This document shows positions 34,676-46,386 of a stretch of 64,000 bases of DNA, piece by piece. Both the position numbers and the translations under genes were made by a program. The stretch is taken from positions 32,001 through 96,000 of the forward strand of contig CAVXZB010000084.1 in NCBI GenBank assembly GCA_963765895.1, read 5' to 3'. The notes under the pieces are model-generated. The model saw only the letters and a program-made list of their open reading frames with translations, searched no databases and was not told the DNA's origin. Numbering within the stretch: the first letter of the stretch is position 1; each line of letters opens with the position of its first letter. The DNA comes from an uncultured Nitrososphaeraceae archaeon. GTDB lineage: Archaea > Thermoproteota > Nitrososphaeria > Nitrososphaerales > Nitrososphaeraceae.

Positions 34676-35077
34676 ATATCTCCACCTATGATGGACTGAA
34701 TTTGAGCACGAATTTGTTCCTGGTTGAGGTAGTGGAGATAGTGGAGATATTTTCATATTTTCTTAGTGTCAGGCTAGATATGGGTAGATTTTTAAATTAA
34801 CTTTACATTAATAAAATACGAAAAAATAATAGGGGAAGTTTAGTTTAGTTTAGTTATCTTAGACAGGCGTAACGTGATATCCTGTGTCCTTGCCTAAGCC
34901 AAACCGTTGAATTTTGAATAATATTTTTTCTTCATTTAGGTATGCATCAATATCTTCAAAAGTTCGCTTTCCTACTTCTAGATACTTTTTTTGATTGGTA
35001 CCGTTGATAGAATCTATAACTGTATTACACGGTACACTATCTTTCAGTCTAATTTCTTTTATTTGTTTAATTTTCAC
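34676..35077 (-). repeat. Dispersed repeat containing a small ORF, copy 1
   Basis: Similar to 43718-44083; both ORFs end IQRFGLG.D..YHVTP. Confidence 0.8.
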
Positions 35078-35514
35078 TGAAGTAATGCTAGAATTGAGGG
35101 TTCAGCGAGGTTTGGAACACGCCCTTAACGAACACATAAAGTTAAGAAGATGTCCAATACATCATTCTAGTGTGCTGGCATAGGGGTAACATAACTATTG
35201 TATTTTTTCAGTGGCAACGATGTTGTTGGCGGTGATGGTGGGATAATTGTGAGGTTACAGATGGATCTTCTTTAGAATAGGCTTCAATCCCTTATTAGAT
35301 GGCATTGCGTAGAGGTTGGGTTAATTCAACAGTCAGAATTTCTTGATTTACTCGCTAGCTAGTTCTCCAATACTTATAATGTCCGTCTATTATGATTGTA
35401 ATTAGTTTAACAAGACCCGAACACGCAATTAGTGAAAGCTGGAATTATCATTCAATACAACTACTACACAGATGTTATCTTTTAAATAGAAGTAATAGAA
35501 TCTGAAAAAGTACC

Positions 35515-36462
35515 TTGAAAGTAGGTATCACACTACCACAAGCTGGCCAGCAGGCTACAAGAGAAAATATAATACATATGGCACAGAATGCTGAAAGTGA
35601 AGACTTTGATTCATTATGGGTCTTTGAAAGACTTCTTTGGCCTATAAATCCACAAACACCATATCCTGCCACACCAGACGGAAGCCTTCCTAATGAATAT
35701 CAAATAATACTAGATCCATTAGAGACACTCACCTATGTAGCTGCAAAAACAAACAAAATCGCATTAGGAACGTCTGTAATGGATATACTCTTTCATAGTC
35801 CTGTTATCTTGGCAAGAAGATTTGCTACACTTGATCTCTTATCAGAAGGAAGAGCTATAGCCGGACTTGGTATTGGATGGTCAAAGGATGAATACCAAGC
35901 ATCTAATATGCCATTTAAAGACAAAGGTGAGAGAGCCAATGAGTTTCTTCAAGTACTAAAAAGAATATGGACAGATGATGTCGTTGAGTTTAAAGGCAAA
36001 TATTACAATATGCCTGCATCAAAAATAGGACCTAAACCTGTCCAAAAGCCACATCCTCCAATTTATATGGGAGGATTTAGTCCAAACACATACTCTAGAA
36101 TTGTAAATTACGACACAAATGGCTGGCTGGGTCTTATTGGCGGACCTCTTGAATACCTTGATAATACTATAAAGACTATACAGAATATAGCAAATAAAGC
36201 AAACAAGGATCCAAATAGGTTTAGAGTAATTCTTCTAACATATCCTAACGTAGACATTAATTCAAAAAACCAATCAGGGACAACAAGTCAAGGCCAAAGA
36301 TTCCCATTAACTGGAACAATTGATCAGGTAGGAAGTGATATTGAGAGAATAAAACAGATTGGAGTGGATCATATCGTATTTGGATATAACTTTATTCCTA
36401 CAGGAAGAGATCTTGACAATATGTTAGATATAACAAAACAGCTTGCCAGGCTTGCTAGATAA
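35515..36462 (+). CDS. LLM-class, probably F420-dependent, oxidoreductase
   Basis: FDSLWVFER, DPLETLTYVAAKT..IALGTSV, PKPVQKPHPPIYMGG. Confidence 0.9.
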   Translation: MKVGITLPQAGQQATRENIIHMAQNAESEDFDSLWVFERLLWPINPQTPYPATPDGSLPNEYQIILDPLETLTYVAAKTNKIALGTSVMDILFHSPVILARRFATLDLLSEGRAIAGLGIGWSKDEYQASNMPFKDKGERANEFLQVLKRIWTDDVVEFKGKYYNMPASKIGPKPVQKPHPPIYMGGFSPNTYSRIVNYDTNGWLGLIGGPLEYLDNTIKTIQNIANKANKDPNRFRVILLTYPNVDINSKNQSGTTSQGQRFPLTGTIDQVGSDIERIKQIGVDHIVFGYNFIPTGRDLDNMLDITKQLARLAR

Positions 36463-36491
36463 TAAACATATGGATATGTATTGGATATTAA

Positions 36492-36956
36492 TTAGCCATT
36501 TACTTTATCGTTCTTCCAAGCTATCACTTTTCGTGGCATAATCATTATAACATGTTCCCCAACACCGATTTTCTTATACTGAGGATATTTATTGCGCAAT
36601 GATTTGTGAGCTTTTTTTAAAAATGACCTTTCATTTTGATCTAATTTTTTTTTACCTCCTATTATAGAAGCTTTTCCTTGAATCATAATGAAATAAAGTT
36701 TTGTCCAGTCCTCATTGTATTCATCTATCAATAATGCAACATTTGGATTTTCTTTTATGTTCTTTACTCTTTTTAGATTTTCAGGTCTGGATCGCTTAGT
36801 CTTCTCATCTATTGGTATAAAGTAAAAATCATGATCATTATCATATACAAATACAACTGGTACCAGATGTGGTTTGCATTCTAGATCGACCGTTGCTAGC
36901 CTAGCTACTCTAGCTGTATTGATTATAGTTTTAGGATATGTATCATCAGTCATCAA
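36492..36956 (-). CDS. PPOX-class (split-barrel) probable F420-dependent enzyme
   Basis: ARVARLAT...PHLVPVVF, IDEK.K, NPNVALLIDEY.EDW..L, KYPQY. Confidence 0.85.
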   Translation of the reverse strand: MMTDDTYPKTIINTARVARLATVDLECKPHLVPVVFVYDNDHDFYFIPIDEKTKRSRPENLKRVKNIKENPNVALLIDEYNEDWTKLYFIMIQGKASIIGGKKKLDQNERSFLKKAHKSLRNKYPQYKKIGVGEHVIMIMPRKVIAWKNDKVNG

Positions 36957-37576
36957 TCTTGTTTGTTTACATCTCTATATGCAGTATGGCCACTATTTAA
37001 AAAAACATGTCAAATTTGCCTTATGTACTCCATAATACCAATGTTTCGTGTCGGGTAATCACGCTTTGTTCTAGTGAAAAGAGATCGTTTCAACAGTTCA
37101 AAAAAGTAGGGTTTGTAAGACTCACTAGAATCAAACAGGCTCGCTAGCCATCTAGTCAATGAATCCCTACCAGTAGATGCAGATGATGGTGTTGATGCCG
37201 TTATTGATGTTGCGTTTGAAGTTGTGGGTTTTGGTTTTGGTGCTACCTGTAGGGACATTATATGACCGTCAAAGTCGTAAATGAGGCCACTATAGTCAGG
37301 TGTAGTAAGTATGCCCTGTGACACAGGAGAGAAGCAGGAGGATTCTGCAAGTGTCTTACCTGTGGCTGCCCAGAAATTGAACCACCAGTACAACCATTGT
37401 CTTTGCTATTGCAACTTTCACATTCGGATACTTTGGCTATCAATTTTTTTGTAATTTTTATTAATTACCGTGATCAAGTCTCGAGGCATCGCCTAAATCT
37501 GAAAGTGTGTTATCCGCTTGACAAAAATTACAAGATAGTAATTGTTTTAATAATTTGTAGTAAATGATATAAAGAC

Positions 37577-37690
37577 ATGTATGAAGAACATGCAATAAAG
37601 TGTTCATCATGTGGCAAATTGTTTACATCAAAGGAAAATGAGACTGTTTGTAATGAGTGTTACAAAGAGCTTGAGAATATAAAATTGTGA
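37577..37690 (+). CDS. 37-aa CxxC/CxxC zinc-ribbon microprotein
   Basis: MYEEHAIKCSSCGKLFTSKENETVCNECYKELENIKL*. Confidence 0.65.
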   Translation: MYEEHAIKCSSCGKLFTSKENETVCNECYKELENIKL

Positions 37691-37771
37691 ATCTAATTAT
37701 ACAAGCATAACAACATATTATGAGTCTCACTCGCCTTATGATGATCGGTCTTAATCCCAAGAATAACATGG

Positions 37772-37942
37772 CTCTCGACTTTGATTAGCCACTCTTCTTC
37801 TGGCTCTTGGTTGCTAGGTAGAATCAAGGGTGTTAACACACTTCACTTCCCCTTATCAGTTCCTTCTTTTAAAATGATTCAAGATATATTTGGTATGCTT
37901 CTTTCAGAATCACGTAGGACCATTTAGCTGCATTTCGCCGGC
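37772..37942. repeat. ~170-bp direct repeat, copy 2
   Basis: Near-identical to 32203-32372. Confidence 0.9.
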
Positions 37943-38476
37943 TCTACTTCTTATAATCCATGTTGGCTCTTATGCAATCACTGATATGTAGATAGGTAGT
38001 AATATACATACTTTGTATTGGTTTAGGCATAGAAGGTATATTATCTTGTTCTGCTACGGTTACCGTTTATCAGTTCGCTGGTTCACTTGGAATGATATTT
38101 CTTTGGTCTACTCGCCAGCTAAATTTCTGGATTTCGGTAGATTTAGAGTCATAGAATCAAAAATGTTAGTCTAAACCATTGAGTTGAGCTGATTCGCTAA
38201 ATGACTATAAATCTAGTCTCGTCTTATCTGAATCACACAGAAAAGATTGCTATTGGAATCTACCAATACGACAAAGTCAGCACCTGCATATATCTCTGTG
38301 GGTAACGATTTGCCATAATTCTGACTAGTCGTTCACCATCTCCCTCTTGGTTGCTATGTACAAATCAAGATGTAAATGCATTCCATCTATCAAAGTTTTT
38401 CTTTAAACGTGGTTCAAATAAATATTTGATAATACATAATGCTTTTAACTTTAACAAGGCCATCATAGATATACAC

Positions 38477-38764
38477 TTGAATAATTTGAATAAACAACTA
38501 ATTGATGAGCTGGCGAATCTATTAAATGACACTGCAGAAGCTCACCATAAGGCTTTTGCTGCTACACACGGCGAGGATCCAGATTGGCCGATTTGGTATG
38601 CAGATTACCTCCTAGACAAAATGCGGCAAATGCTGAATGCCAAGTTCACAAAGAGTGAATTTATCTATCTGTTAGTTTTGGCAGAAAAAGAAAATGCATC
38701 TATTGCTCCTGGTGCGTATTGGCCTAGATTTTATGCGAATTTTATCATAAATCGATATGTATAA
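38477..38764 (+). CDS. Hypothetical protein
   Basis: AEAHHKAF..THGEDPDWPIWYADYL...WPRFYA; start inferred at TTG 38477. Confidence 0.7.
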   Translation: MNNLNKQLIDELANLLNDTAEAHHKAFAATHGEDPDWPIWYADYLLDKMRQMLNAKFTKSEFIYLLVLAEKENASIAPGAYWPRFYANFIINRYV

Positions 38765-39154
38765 AGAGATAGATACACATCATTTGCCCCGCGTATATAT
38801 TGACAGATTACGTATATCCATTTTGGCATACTGTATAAAAATTGATTCCAAATGTGAGATGAGGAAAATATGAAACGAAATGCTATTATGTCTTTTCTGA
38901 GGGGAAAAGTAAGAACTAAGAGAAGGGGAACTAAGACAAGACAAAGAGATTTGGTTCTGCTAAATCATTTAAACTGTAAGGAGTCTAATGCTTTTGATTT
39001 ATTATCAAAATTGCATTGTATATTATATCGGCGTTTGGTTAGTTAAGGATTTATCGAATTAGAGATTTGTTAAGAAAAAATGAAATAACAAAATCTATCT
39101 ATCTGCACCATAACTATTAAAAGTTCTTTTATATAATTATTATCTCAACCAATT

Positions 39155-39820
39155 ATGAACAAAAAGATCCTACTAGTTATCAGTATAGTAATAGCTGCAA
39201 TAGTGATTTCGTTTGGTATATATACTATTTCTCCATTATTTACAAGCAACACGGTAAATGAACCGTTACCAACTACTGTGGCTAGTATAAATAAAAATAC
39301 AGCGTTACACGACTATCAAAAATTTGTTTCGATGAATGATCAAGATAGAAGTAATGTTGCTAAGCAGATGAGTCAAAGGGAGAAAAATATGGTTATGATT
39401 GGAGCTGGTCAAATAAATAATACTATTAATGAAAGCGCTATTACCCTAGATACTATAAAACAAAGGCAACAACAACGAAGCAATGCGATTACAGCACGCA
39501 GCATGATGAAAGGTTCTTTCGTTGGAGCAGGTGATGGATTTCATGACGCAGAGGGATTGGCAAAAGTAATTTCATTAGAAGGTGGACATACTATCCTCAG
39601 GCTAGAGAACTTCAAATCTACAAATGGACCTAATGTTCATCTTTACCTCGCTACTGACAAAGCTGCCTCTAATTTCATAGATCTCGGAAGGCTGAAAGCA
39701 AATAACGGAAACCAAAATTATAATATACCTAATGGAACAGACCTGGCAAAATATAATATGGGTCTGATATGGTGTAAGGATTTTTCTGTACTGTTTGGAA
39801 GTGCACAGCTAAAGACATGA
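39155..39820 (+). CDS. DM13-domain membrane-anchored protein
   Basis: GSFVG.GDGFH.AEG, LRLENF.STNGP, DLGRLK.N.GNQNY, IWC..FSVLFG. Confidence 0.9.
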   Translation: MNKKILLVISIVIAAIVISFGIYTISPLFTSNTVNEPLPTTVASINKNTALHDYQKFVSMNDQDRSNVAKQMSQREKNMVMIGAGQINNTINESAITLDTIKQRQQQRSNAITARSMMKGSFVGAGDGFHDAEGLAKVISLEGGHTILRLENFKSTNGPNVHLYLATDKAASNFIDLGRLKANNGNQNYNIPNGTDLAKYNMGLIWCKDFSVLFGSAQLKT

Positions 39821-39900
39821 GAAAACCATTCTTCAAAATTTAGTTATAATAATAATCAGATGTTTATGTTTAAGTACAAACGCAATATGATTAATTTATA

Positions 39901-40394
39901 ATGGGTAAACACGTTCCAGTGTATGGACTCTTTGAGACACACCTAACCGTAAGTAATCTGCAGCGATCTATTGCATTCTATAGAGATGTCATAGGCCTTC
40001 AACTAGCATTTGAGGTACCTGAGCACAATGCCGCATTCTTCTGGGTAGGTGATCATTCCTGTTCTTGTAGACACTCTATGCTGGGATTATGGTCAGTTGG
40101 TACTATACCACTAGGTCTTAATCTGCACGTTGCATTTGAAGTGGCAGCAATTAAAGACCTTTTAAATGCACCAAAACGACTTAAAGACCAGGGGATCGTA
40201 CCGCTATCTTTCTTTGCTAAAGAGACAATGGAACCTAGTGTAATCGGATGGATGCCTGCAGTGCAATTTACTTCCGAGACCCTGATGATCATCTCATGGA
40301 GTATCTGACAATGCTAGATGAAAAGGAGCGGAGGCCGGACCTAGGAATTGTTACTTGGTCTGAATGGATTGCCAACAATAGACAAATCATATAG
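39901..40394 (+). CDS. VOC/glyoxalase family protein (apparent 1-nt deletion at ~40261)
   Basis: ETHLTVSNLQRSIAFY, HVAF, then (A)IYFRDPDDHLMEYL in the shifted frame. Confidence 0.85.
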
Positions 40395-42649
40395 ACATGC
40401 TCAAATCTAATGCCTAAAATTCGACTATAGGCTATGTGTTGTTTCTCTTGTAACACGAATGGTAACATTAATGAATTAGTGCTTGGTAGTAGTAGTAGTA
40501 GTAGTAGTACTTAACCGTAACCCATTGTTATCCTGACTTATTAGTTTCTGCTTTTTTAAAGCAAAGCGATAGAACTTTGTCGTTATTGTTGTCAAAACTA
40601 TAACTTTTACTCTCGGGGCTATCCTTATAACTACTGCTATGGTTGCCATAGTCTCCTTTCAATCCTTCTACATATTTCTTTACCTTTTCGTCAAACGGAT
40701 GTAAGAGTGCGGGTAACGATGCAGAAGTTTATAAGAATAATAGCCAAATCTGTACCGACGCCAATATAATATGTGGACTTTATTTATTAAATGGATTCAA
40801 TTCAGAGTTCCGTTTAAAAACCACTCATTATTTAGCCATCAAAAACGATCGCTTCAGGTAGTCGCGAAATAGTACAAATCTACAGGTCGGCATCTGTCCG
40901 GAGTATATAAAGCAAAATCGCATATTTTTTGTGTATATAGTAAAAAGGGTTCTGGCGATTTCATGATGGAATTTATGAACTCCTTTTTAGTTTCTTTGCA
41001 CACCATGGACAGAACCGAAAGGGCTCCAACGACGCTATAGGCCTATCAAATTATGCATCACGCATATACCAACCGTCTTTTGTTATAGCGTTATGAATCC
41101 TCCTTAGCCCTTGTAATAGCAAATATCATTGTATTCCACGCTTTTTTTCGAAGTCTTTACAACAATATTCTCCAGCCATTATAGTCATTACGAATTATCT
41201 ATGACGTTTTTGCTGCCACTGCCATCGCTCTCGCTGTTATTGCTTTTCATTTTTTTAGTTTTGTTATGCGTATAGACAATAGTCCAGATAGTTGCTACAA
41301 AATACGGCAACATTATCAGTATTACTACTACAGGTGTAACTTCAGTTGGAACGACTACGACCATAATTTAATTATCAGTTAATTTACTGGACTCCTATTT
41401 GATAAAGATGTCATTTTTCTCGTTTACCTCATAACACTATATAGTCTGCGGTTTACCACGGCCTGCTTAGCCACAGGATGTATAACAACCTTTGTGCAGA
41501 TGGGTAGAAGTTGGTACAAAGGTAATACTGATCTTTAGCGATATTGCAAGTTTAATAAGAAATTTCTGGATGGATCTTCCAGACAAGTGATGCAGGGGAT
41601 CTCTCATAATGAATACAAATACAAGCCATATTTAACTAGATTACTTAGTGGTTACTAGCAACCGTAGTGTACCGCAGTTTGGCTAACCCAAATAGTCCTT
41701 GCCGGCAATGCATAAGGATAGCAGCAGTCAGCCTCCATTTCTATTAATAACTAGGGTCAAAGCAAGCGCAATTAGTTAATTTAACCAATAATTAGTCAGG
41801 CTACAGATTCATTACTTGTATCCCTATCAATAGTATCTACTTCGTCTTCCCTTTCTAATTTCTTAACCGTCTCTTTGCGATACTCCCCAGTTGGTCCATC
41901 TACAGGTTCATCTTGAGACATTATTAGATAATAACAGGACTACATCAGATATAATAGAATACGTTGCTTCCACTAACTAAACATCCGTTCGATTTTGCAT
42001 ACTGACTGTCTTCTAGATCTCACAGAAGCATAAATAGAGATAAAAGAATAAACTCGGAATCAAATAAACTGTGGACTAAAGAGTAAAAGTATATAGTAAT
42101 TATACTATGAGTTTTATCGAAGAGGCATAAGTAGGAATAAAAAGAGTATAATTTAATGAGTAAGCATAACTATAACAAATAGCTCTCTTACGTAGACCTA
42201 GACTATCCGGACCAGGATTCTCGAGATTATGTTAGTTTATTTCGTTGGAAACTCCTTCAATATTTGATGACGAGTAGCATATATACAAAAACTGGTTGAG
42301 TTTATGAAAAGAATGGGGCTAACTAATAGCCATAACATTCTGCCGTGTGGGTAGAACTCCCTGTCTAAATAGATACTTGGACTTTTAGTAATCCAGCAAC
42401 TAATATAACTGAATTATCAGAATTAACAGGAGACTAGATAAAGGCGATGTTGCGGATGGATAGGGAGATGTTACGATATACACTGGACTCCAAAATTAAG
42501 ATATCGATTAATAGTACTAGAGATTATGTAAAGTAACATTAATGATCCAAAATCTCTCTCCAAATAATGCAGAGTATAGGATGCTCAAGACGTTGTCAAG
42601 GATTTTCGTTCTAGCCTAGAGCACAATTATCCAAATATTTTACAATCCC

Positions 42650-43234
42650 ATGAAGATTTGCCGTTTGTCAGTATTACTCTTGGTGTTACTTCCACTATTA
42701 TCGCTAGCTCATAGTATTTGGCCAATAGTACAAATCGCAGATGCTGAACTTATCAGTTTTGATAACCGCAGCATGAATATATTAGTTAAGTTTGATGATT
42801 TGTTTGGCCTTTTCAAAGGCAATACTTTAAACTTTCAAAATCCATTTGAACATCAGATAGAAATCGATGCGAAACAGATTTTTCCAAATGAAACTCTTAA
42901 GCGTGAAATAATTAGCAAGTCGTGACCCTCAGAATTCTCGATGCCTTATCTGAAGTATAATCTATTAGGCTTTAATATATCAGCAACAGATATTAGAGTA
43001 AAGGCAAATGCCACGCAAATAAGTGGCGGTGAAAGCGATCAAAGCAAAAAAACTAGAATTGACTTTCCAGTTATGTTAGCTAATAATGTAAATGTAAGTA
43101 ATAAGGCAACCAGTCAGAGTTATCACAATGTAGATTTATCATCAATCTATGCTATTTACGATCCAAAGACAGACAAGTTCACATTTCATGTTCCTTTTAG
43201 TATAGCAGCTAAATATTTGCTAAAAGGTTCGTAG
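42650..43234 (+). pseudogene. Secreted hypothetical protein split by one in-frame TGA
   Basis: 42650-42925 and 42941-43234 share a frame. Confidence 0.65.
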
Positions 43235-43416
43235 TAATAATAATATTAAATTGTAAGGATTAGTAGAGGTAACAGTCTAATGCATTCGGATACTCTGCTT
43301 ATAAGAGAACTATGCTGTAACTTTGCCGATAATACTTCCGAAATAGATGCATTGCGAAGTATAAATTCAAATGTGACTAGACGCTCGCCATAAGGAGTCA
43401 TGAGATGTAACTATTC

Positions 43417-43670
43417 TTACATGCTTAAGAGCAATCGTGTTTTCCTATGCTGAAAACCCTTCAGACAGTAGACTTTACTGTTTGAGACTAGCTAATTTTT
43501 CAGGCTCTTTGGTAATACTTTCTTTAGGCCCTTGCGATTGGGTTGCTGTATGATATGCTTGTATTTGTGCTGCCTCATGCTGGTTGGGCGGGGGTGAGCA
43601 GCCTGAGCTTGGCTTGGTTTAACTACGACTATCTGGCTTGGCCTCGTTGCATACGTTGAAATTGCTTTGT
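43417..43670 (-). pseudogene. SHOCT-domain small protein remnant
   Basis: KQFQRMQR... then LASLKQ.SLLSE...KTRLL; paralogue at 46110-46386. Confidence 0.55.
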
Positions 43671-43717
43671 AGATATTTGTTCCTCAGTGGAGATACATGA
43701 AAACAGCATAATTAAGT

Positions 43718-44083
43718 ATCTCCAGCTATTTAGACGGAATCTGAGCACGAAATTGCACGTGGTGGAAGTAGTGGAGATAGTGGGAGTATTTTCTAATTCT
43801 ATTAGGAATGCCAAGTTATATGCAGATAGATTTTTAAATTAACTTTTGCCTCATTAAGTACAAGTCAAAAAAATAAGGAGTGTAGTTTGGCTTAGATAGG
43901 GGTAACGTGGTATCGTATGTCCATGCCTAAGCCAAACCTTTGGATTCTGAGCGAGTTGTGACCTTCCACTAGATATGCATCAATTTCTTCTGAAGTCTGT
44001 TTGCTTGCGTCTAAATACTTCTCCTGGCCACCGTTGTTTGGGTCTATTACTGTATACCGAAATTTTTGCAAAGCTTTTGTCAT
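43718..44083 (-). repeat. Dispersed repeat containing a small ORF, copy 2
   Basis: Similar to 34676-35077. Confidence 0.8.
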
Positions 44084-44365
44084 ATGAATGCAGGATTATC
44101 CCAATTAGTTAATGGTTCCCGACCGATCCATAAATATTTTGGCTCATTGAAATATAATGAACTAGAGTTATGATTATTCTGTTGCTGGAATTATTATTGT
44201 TATTCTTATAGAGACTTAATATCTACCTAAGCGTTTTGTATTGATTGTGCATTCTTGTTATTGTGATATGATATGTTTGACTATTACATTTTCATGTTTC
44301 TCGTATTAGGACATCTCTTATAGTGAGATAACCCTTAGATTTCTAAAAATGACTGAAAGGAACGA

Positions 44366-44734
44366 TTACGACACTAGAATCAGTGCTGCTCTAAACTTTA
44401 GTAATTTCTCCATGGAATCAATGGCAAACATCGCCATTGTAGTTTCTTTGAGATCCATGTTATGTACTTTTTCAAGGATAGTAGCGGCCATAGGATGTCT
44501 CGTCCTCAACTCTCTGATCTTGTCTTCAACCTTCTGATCACTCACTTTATCTTCGATCAAGTCTAATGGCTCTTTATCTTCTACCAAGCTTAATCTCATT
44601 GCACGAATTTTAAGTAGCCATCTTACACCATCAGTTAGGAACATAGTACTAACAACTTCTTTAAGATCCATAGATGGTATCCTTTCAAATATAGCAGGCA
44701 GCGTTAGGGTACTTTGTCCTCCAATCATTAGCAC
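44366..44734 (-). CDS. Hypothetical protein with an internal duplication
   Basis: IFERIPSMDLKE..MF..D...LLKIRA repeated as ILEKVHNMDLKE..MF..D...LLKFRA. Confidence 0.6.
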   Translation of the reverse strand: MLMIGGQSTLTLPAIFERIPSMDLKEVVSTMFLTDGVRWLLKIRAMRLSLVEDKEPLDLIEDKVSDQKVEDKIRELRTRHPMAATILEKVHNMDLKETTMAMFAIDSMEKLLKFRAALILVS

Positions 44735-45314
44735 TTCTTTGAATTCTTTCGTGACTTACATTCTCTTCTGTTAAGGACATCAAATTGATAGTTTAATGCA
44801 AATATTTAAGTCTATGGTTATAGTTCTTATCCAAAAAATAGATCTATTCACTAAGGAATATATTATTACCTACTCTCTAACACGCTGATATGAAGTACTT
44901 TGCACACTTGTCAGACCGACAGCGGTTAATGATTGATATTGTATCAATTAAGATTGCGTAGCTTATGATTACTACAATTAGAATTGTAGTAACCACGGTT
45001 ATGACACGGGCTGTCCAAATGATAAAAAGCACGCTTATGAATTCTGTGATGGATATCTACTGAGGTATAAGACCAAATGGAATTCATTAGATGGTGATAA
45101 CGACACAGCAGCAAAGAGCCAAGCGCAAGGCGACTCTATCGTACGCATTGATGGCAGCTACAATAATGTAGTGATTACTACAAGACAGACCAAAGAACAA
45201 GCGGCATTATTAAGCAGCAATTCTGATTCTGAAGGTAGAGAGTACGACAATAAAAACGGTCTTGGGAAGTCAATTGACAACAAAAAAATTGATGGTAACC
45301 AGCCTAGCTCTATC

Positions 45315-45746
45315 CTAGTCGGCCTCTGTAGATGTTGCCTTAACCGCGCCAAGCTGTACTGCCGCAGTGAGCGCATCGACAACAACCCATCCCTCTTTGA
45401 TTTTATTGTCTTGAAAATGGAAAATGTTCATTCCTACAGTTTCAAATTTCTTATTGGCAGCAGGGATGCCACGAAATTCCTTTTCTTGTGTGCCTTCTAC
45501 AATAAAAGCTGAAGCAACTTTATTAGACTCTGCTATGCTATCTACGATTGTAACTCGGATATCAGGAAATATGCTACGATCTGAGGAAACCCATTCATTA
45601 TAGGCTTCAATTCCTTCAATACTCTCACCACGAGCATGGTATGTGAAATCAGGAGTAACATATCTATTTGTATTTTTCAGGTTCCCTTTGTTATAAGTTT
45701 CGTCGAGGAACTCTTGAACAACGCGTTTGTTTTCTATAGAAGACAT
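45315..45746 (-). CDS. SnoaL-like ester cyclase (NTF2 fold)
   Basis: ENKRVV, FPDI, GTQ..EFRGIPA.NKK, F.DNKIKE.W. Confidence 0.9.
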   Translation of the reverse strand: MSSIENKRVVQEFLDETYNKGNLKNTNRYVTPDFTYHARGESIEGIEAYNEWVSSDRSIFPDIRVTIVDSIAESNKVASAFIVEGTQEKEFRGIPAANKKFETVGMNIFHFQDNKIKEGWVVVDALTAAVQLGAVKATSTEAD

Positions 45747-46109
45747 ATAGATACTTGCTAGGAGTTTTAATTTAACTTTTCTATGAAGGCGAAGTATGCA
45801 ACTATGTGAAGTTAGTTATTCTAGAGGTATCATATCAGATATTATCGATGTTTTAAGTAACTAAGTAACTAAGTAACTAAGTACAACTACTTTATCTTGT
45901 CAAAAAATTCAAAAGTCTCATAAGAACATATTTGTGGCACCTCGTGAAGTTTGTTGAGGTATACGACATGATTATACTACTCCATTAGCAGCTTTTGTCT
46001 ACGGCATGGTGATCAGCCGTAAGTATTTCTTTAGTGAAAGAAAGATGCATACATACTTGAAATCTGCAGTTAGGTAAAGATATATAGTAATCCAAGGTAT
46101 ATCTAAATT

Positions 46110-46386
46110 ATGTTAGGAAGAAGAGTTGTCGTTGGTGGAATGATCGCAGGAGGAACTACAGTCGCTACAGCTGCTGTTGTAGCACATCATGTTGAAAAAA
46201 AGCAATTTCAACGTATGCAAAGAAGATAAGCCCAATAAGCATGGATAAATCAAGCCTAGGCTCAGGCCACACTAATGCAAGCGTCTCATACAGCAACACA
46301 AACACAGAGGCCTAGTCTCAAACAAAAAGGCTTACAGTCAAGAAGGGTTTCAACAGATGAAAACAAGATTACTGTTGGGCATGTAA
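46110..46386 (+). pseudogene. SHOCT-domain small protein remnant
   Basis: MLGRRVVVGGMIAGG...KQFQRMQR*; SLKQKGL...FQQMKTRLLLGM*. Confidence 0.55.

Noticed and set aside
10210-42925. Stop-codon readthrough (Pyl/Sec) suggested by single in-frame stops at 10210, 27651, 27768, 32940, 33554 and 42923
   Set aside because: Both TAG and TGA occur, mostly one substitution from the expected sense codon. They are confined to the decaying accessory region, and no pyl/sel genes are seen. Ordinary nonsense mutation is sufficient.
40487-45883. Simple repeats (GTA)n at ~40487-40509 and (TAAGTAAC)x3 at ~45854-45883
   Set aside because: Short intergenic microsatellites with no spacers or evident function.
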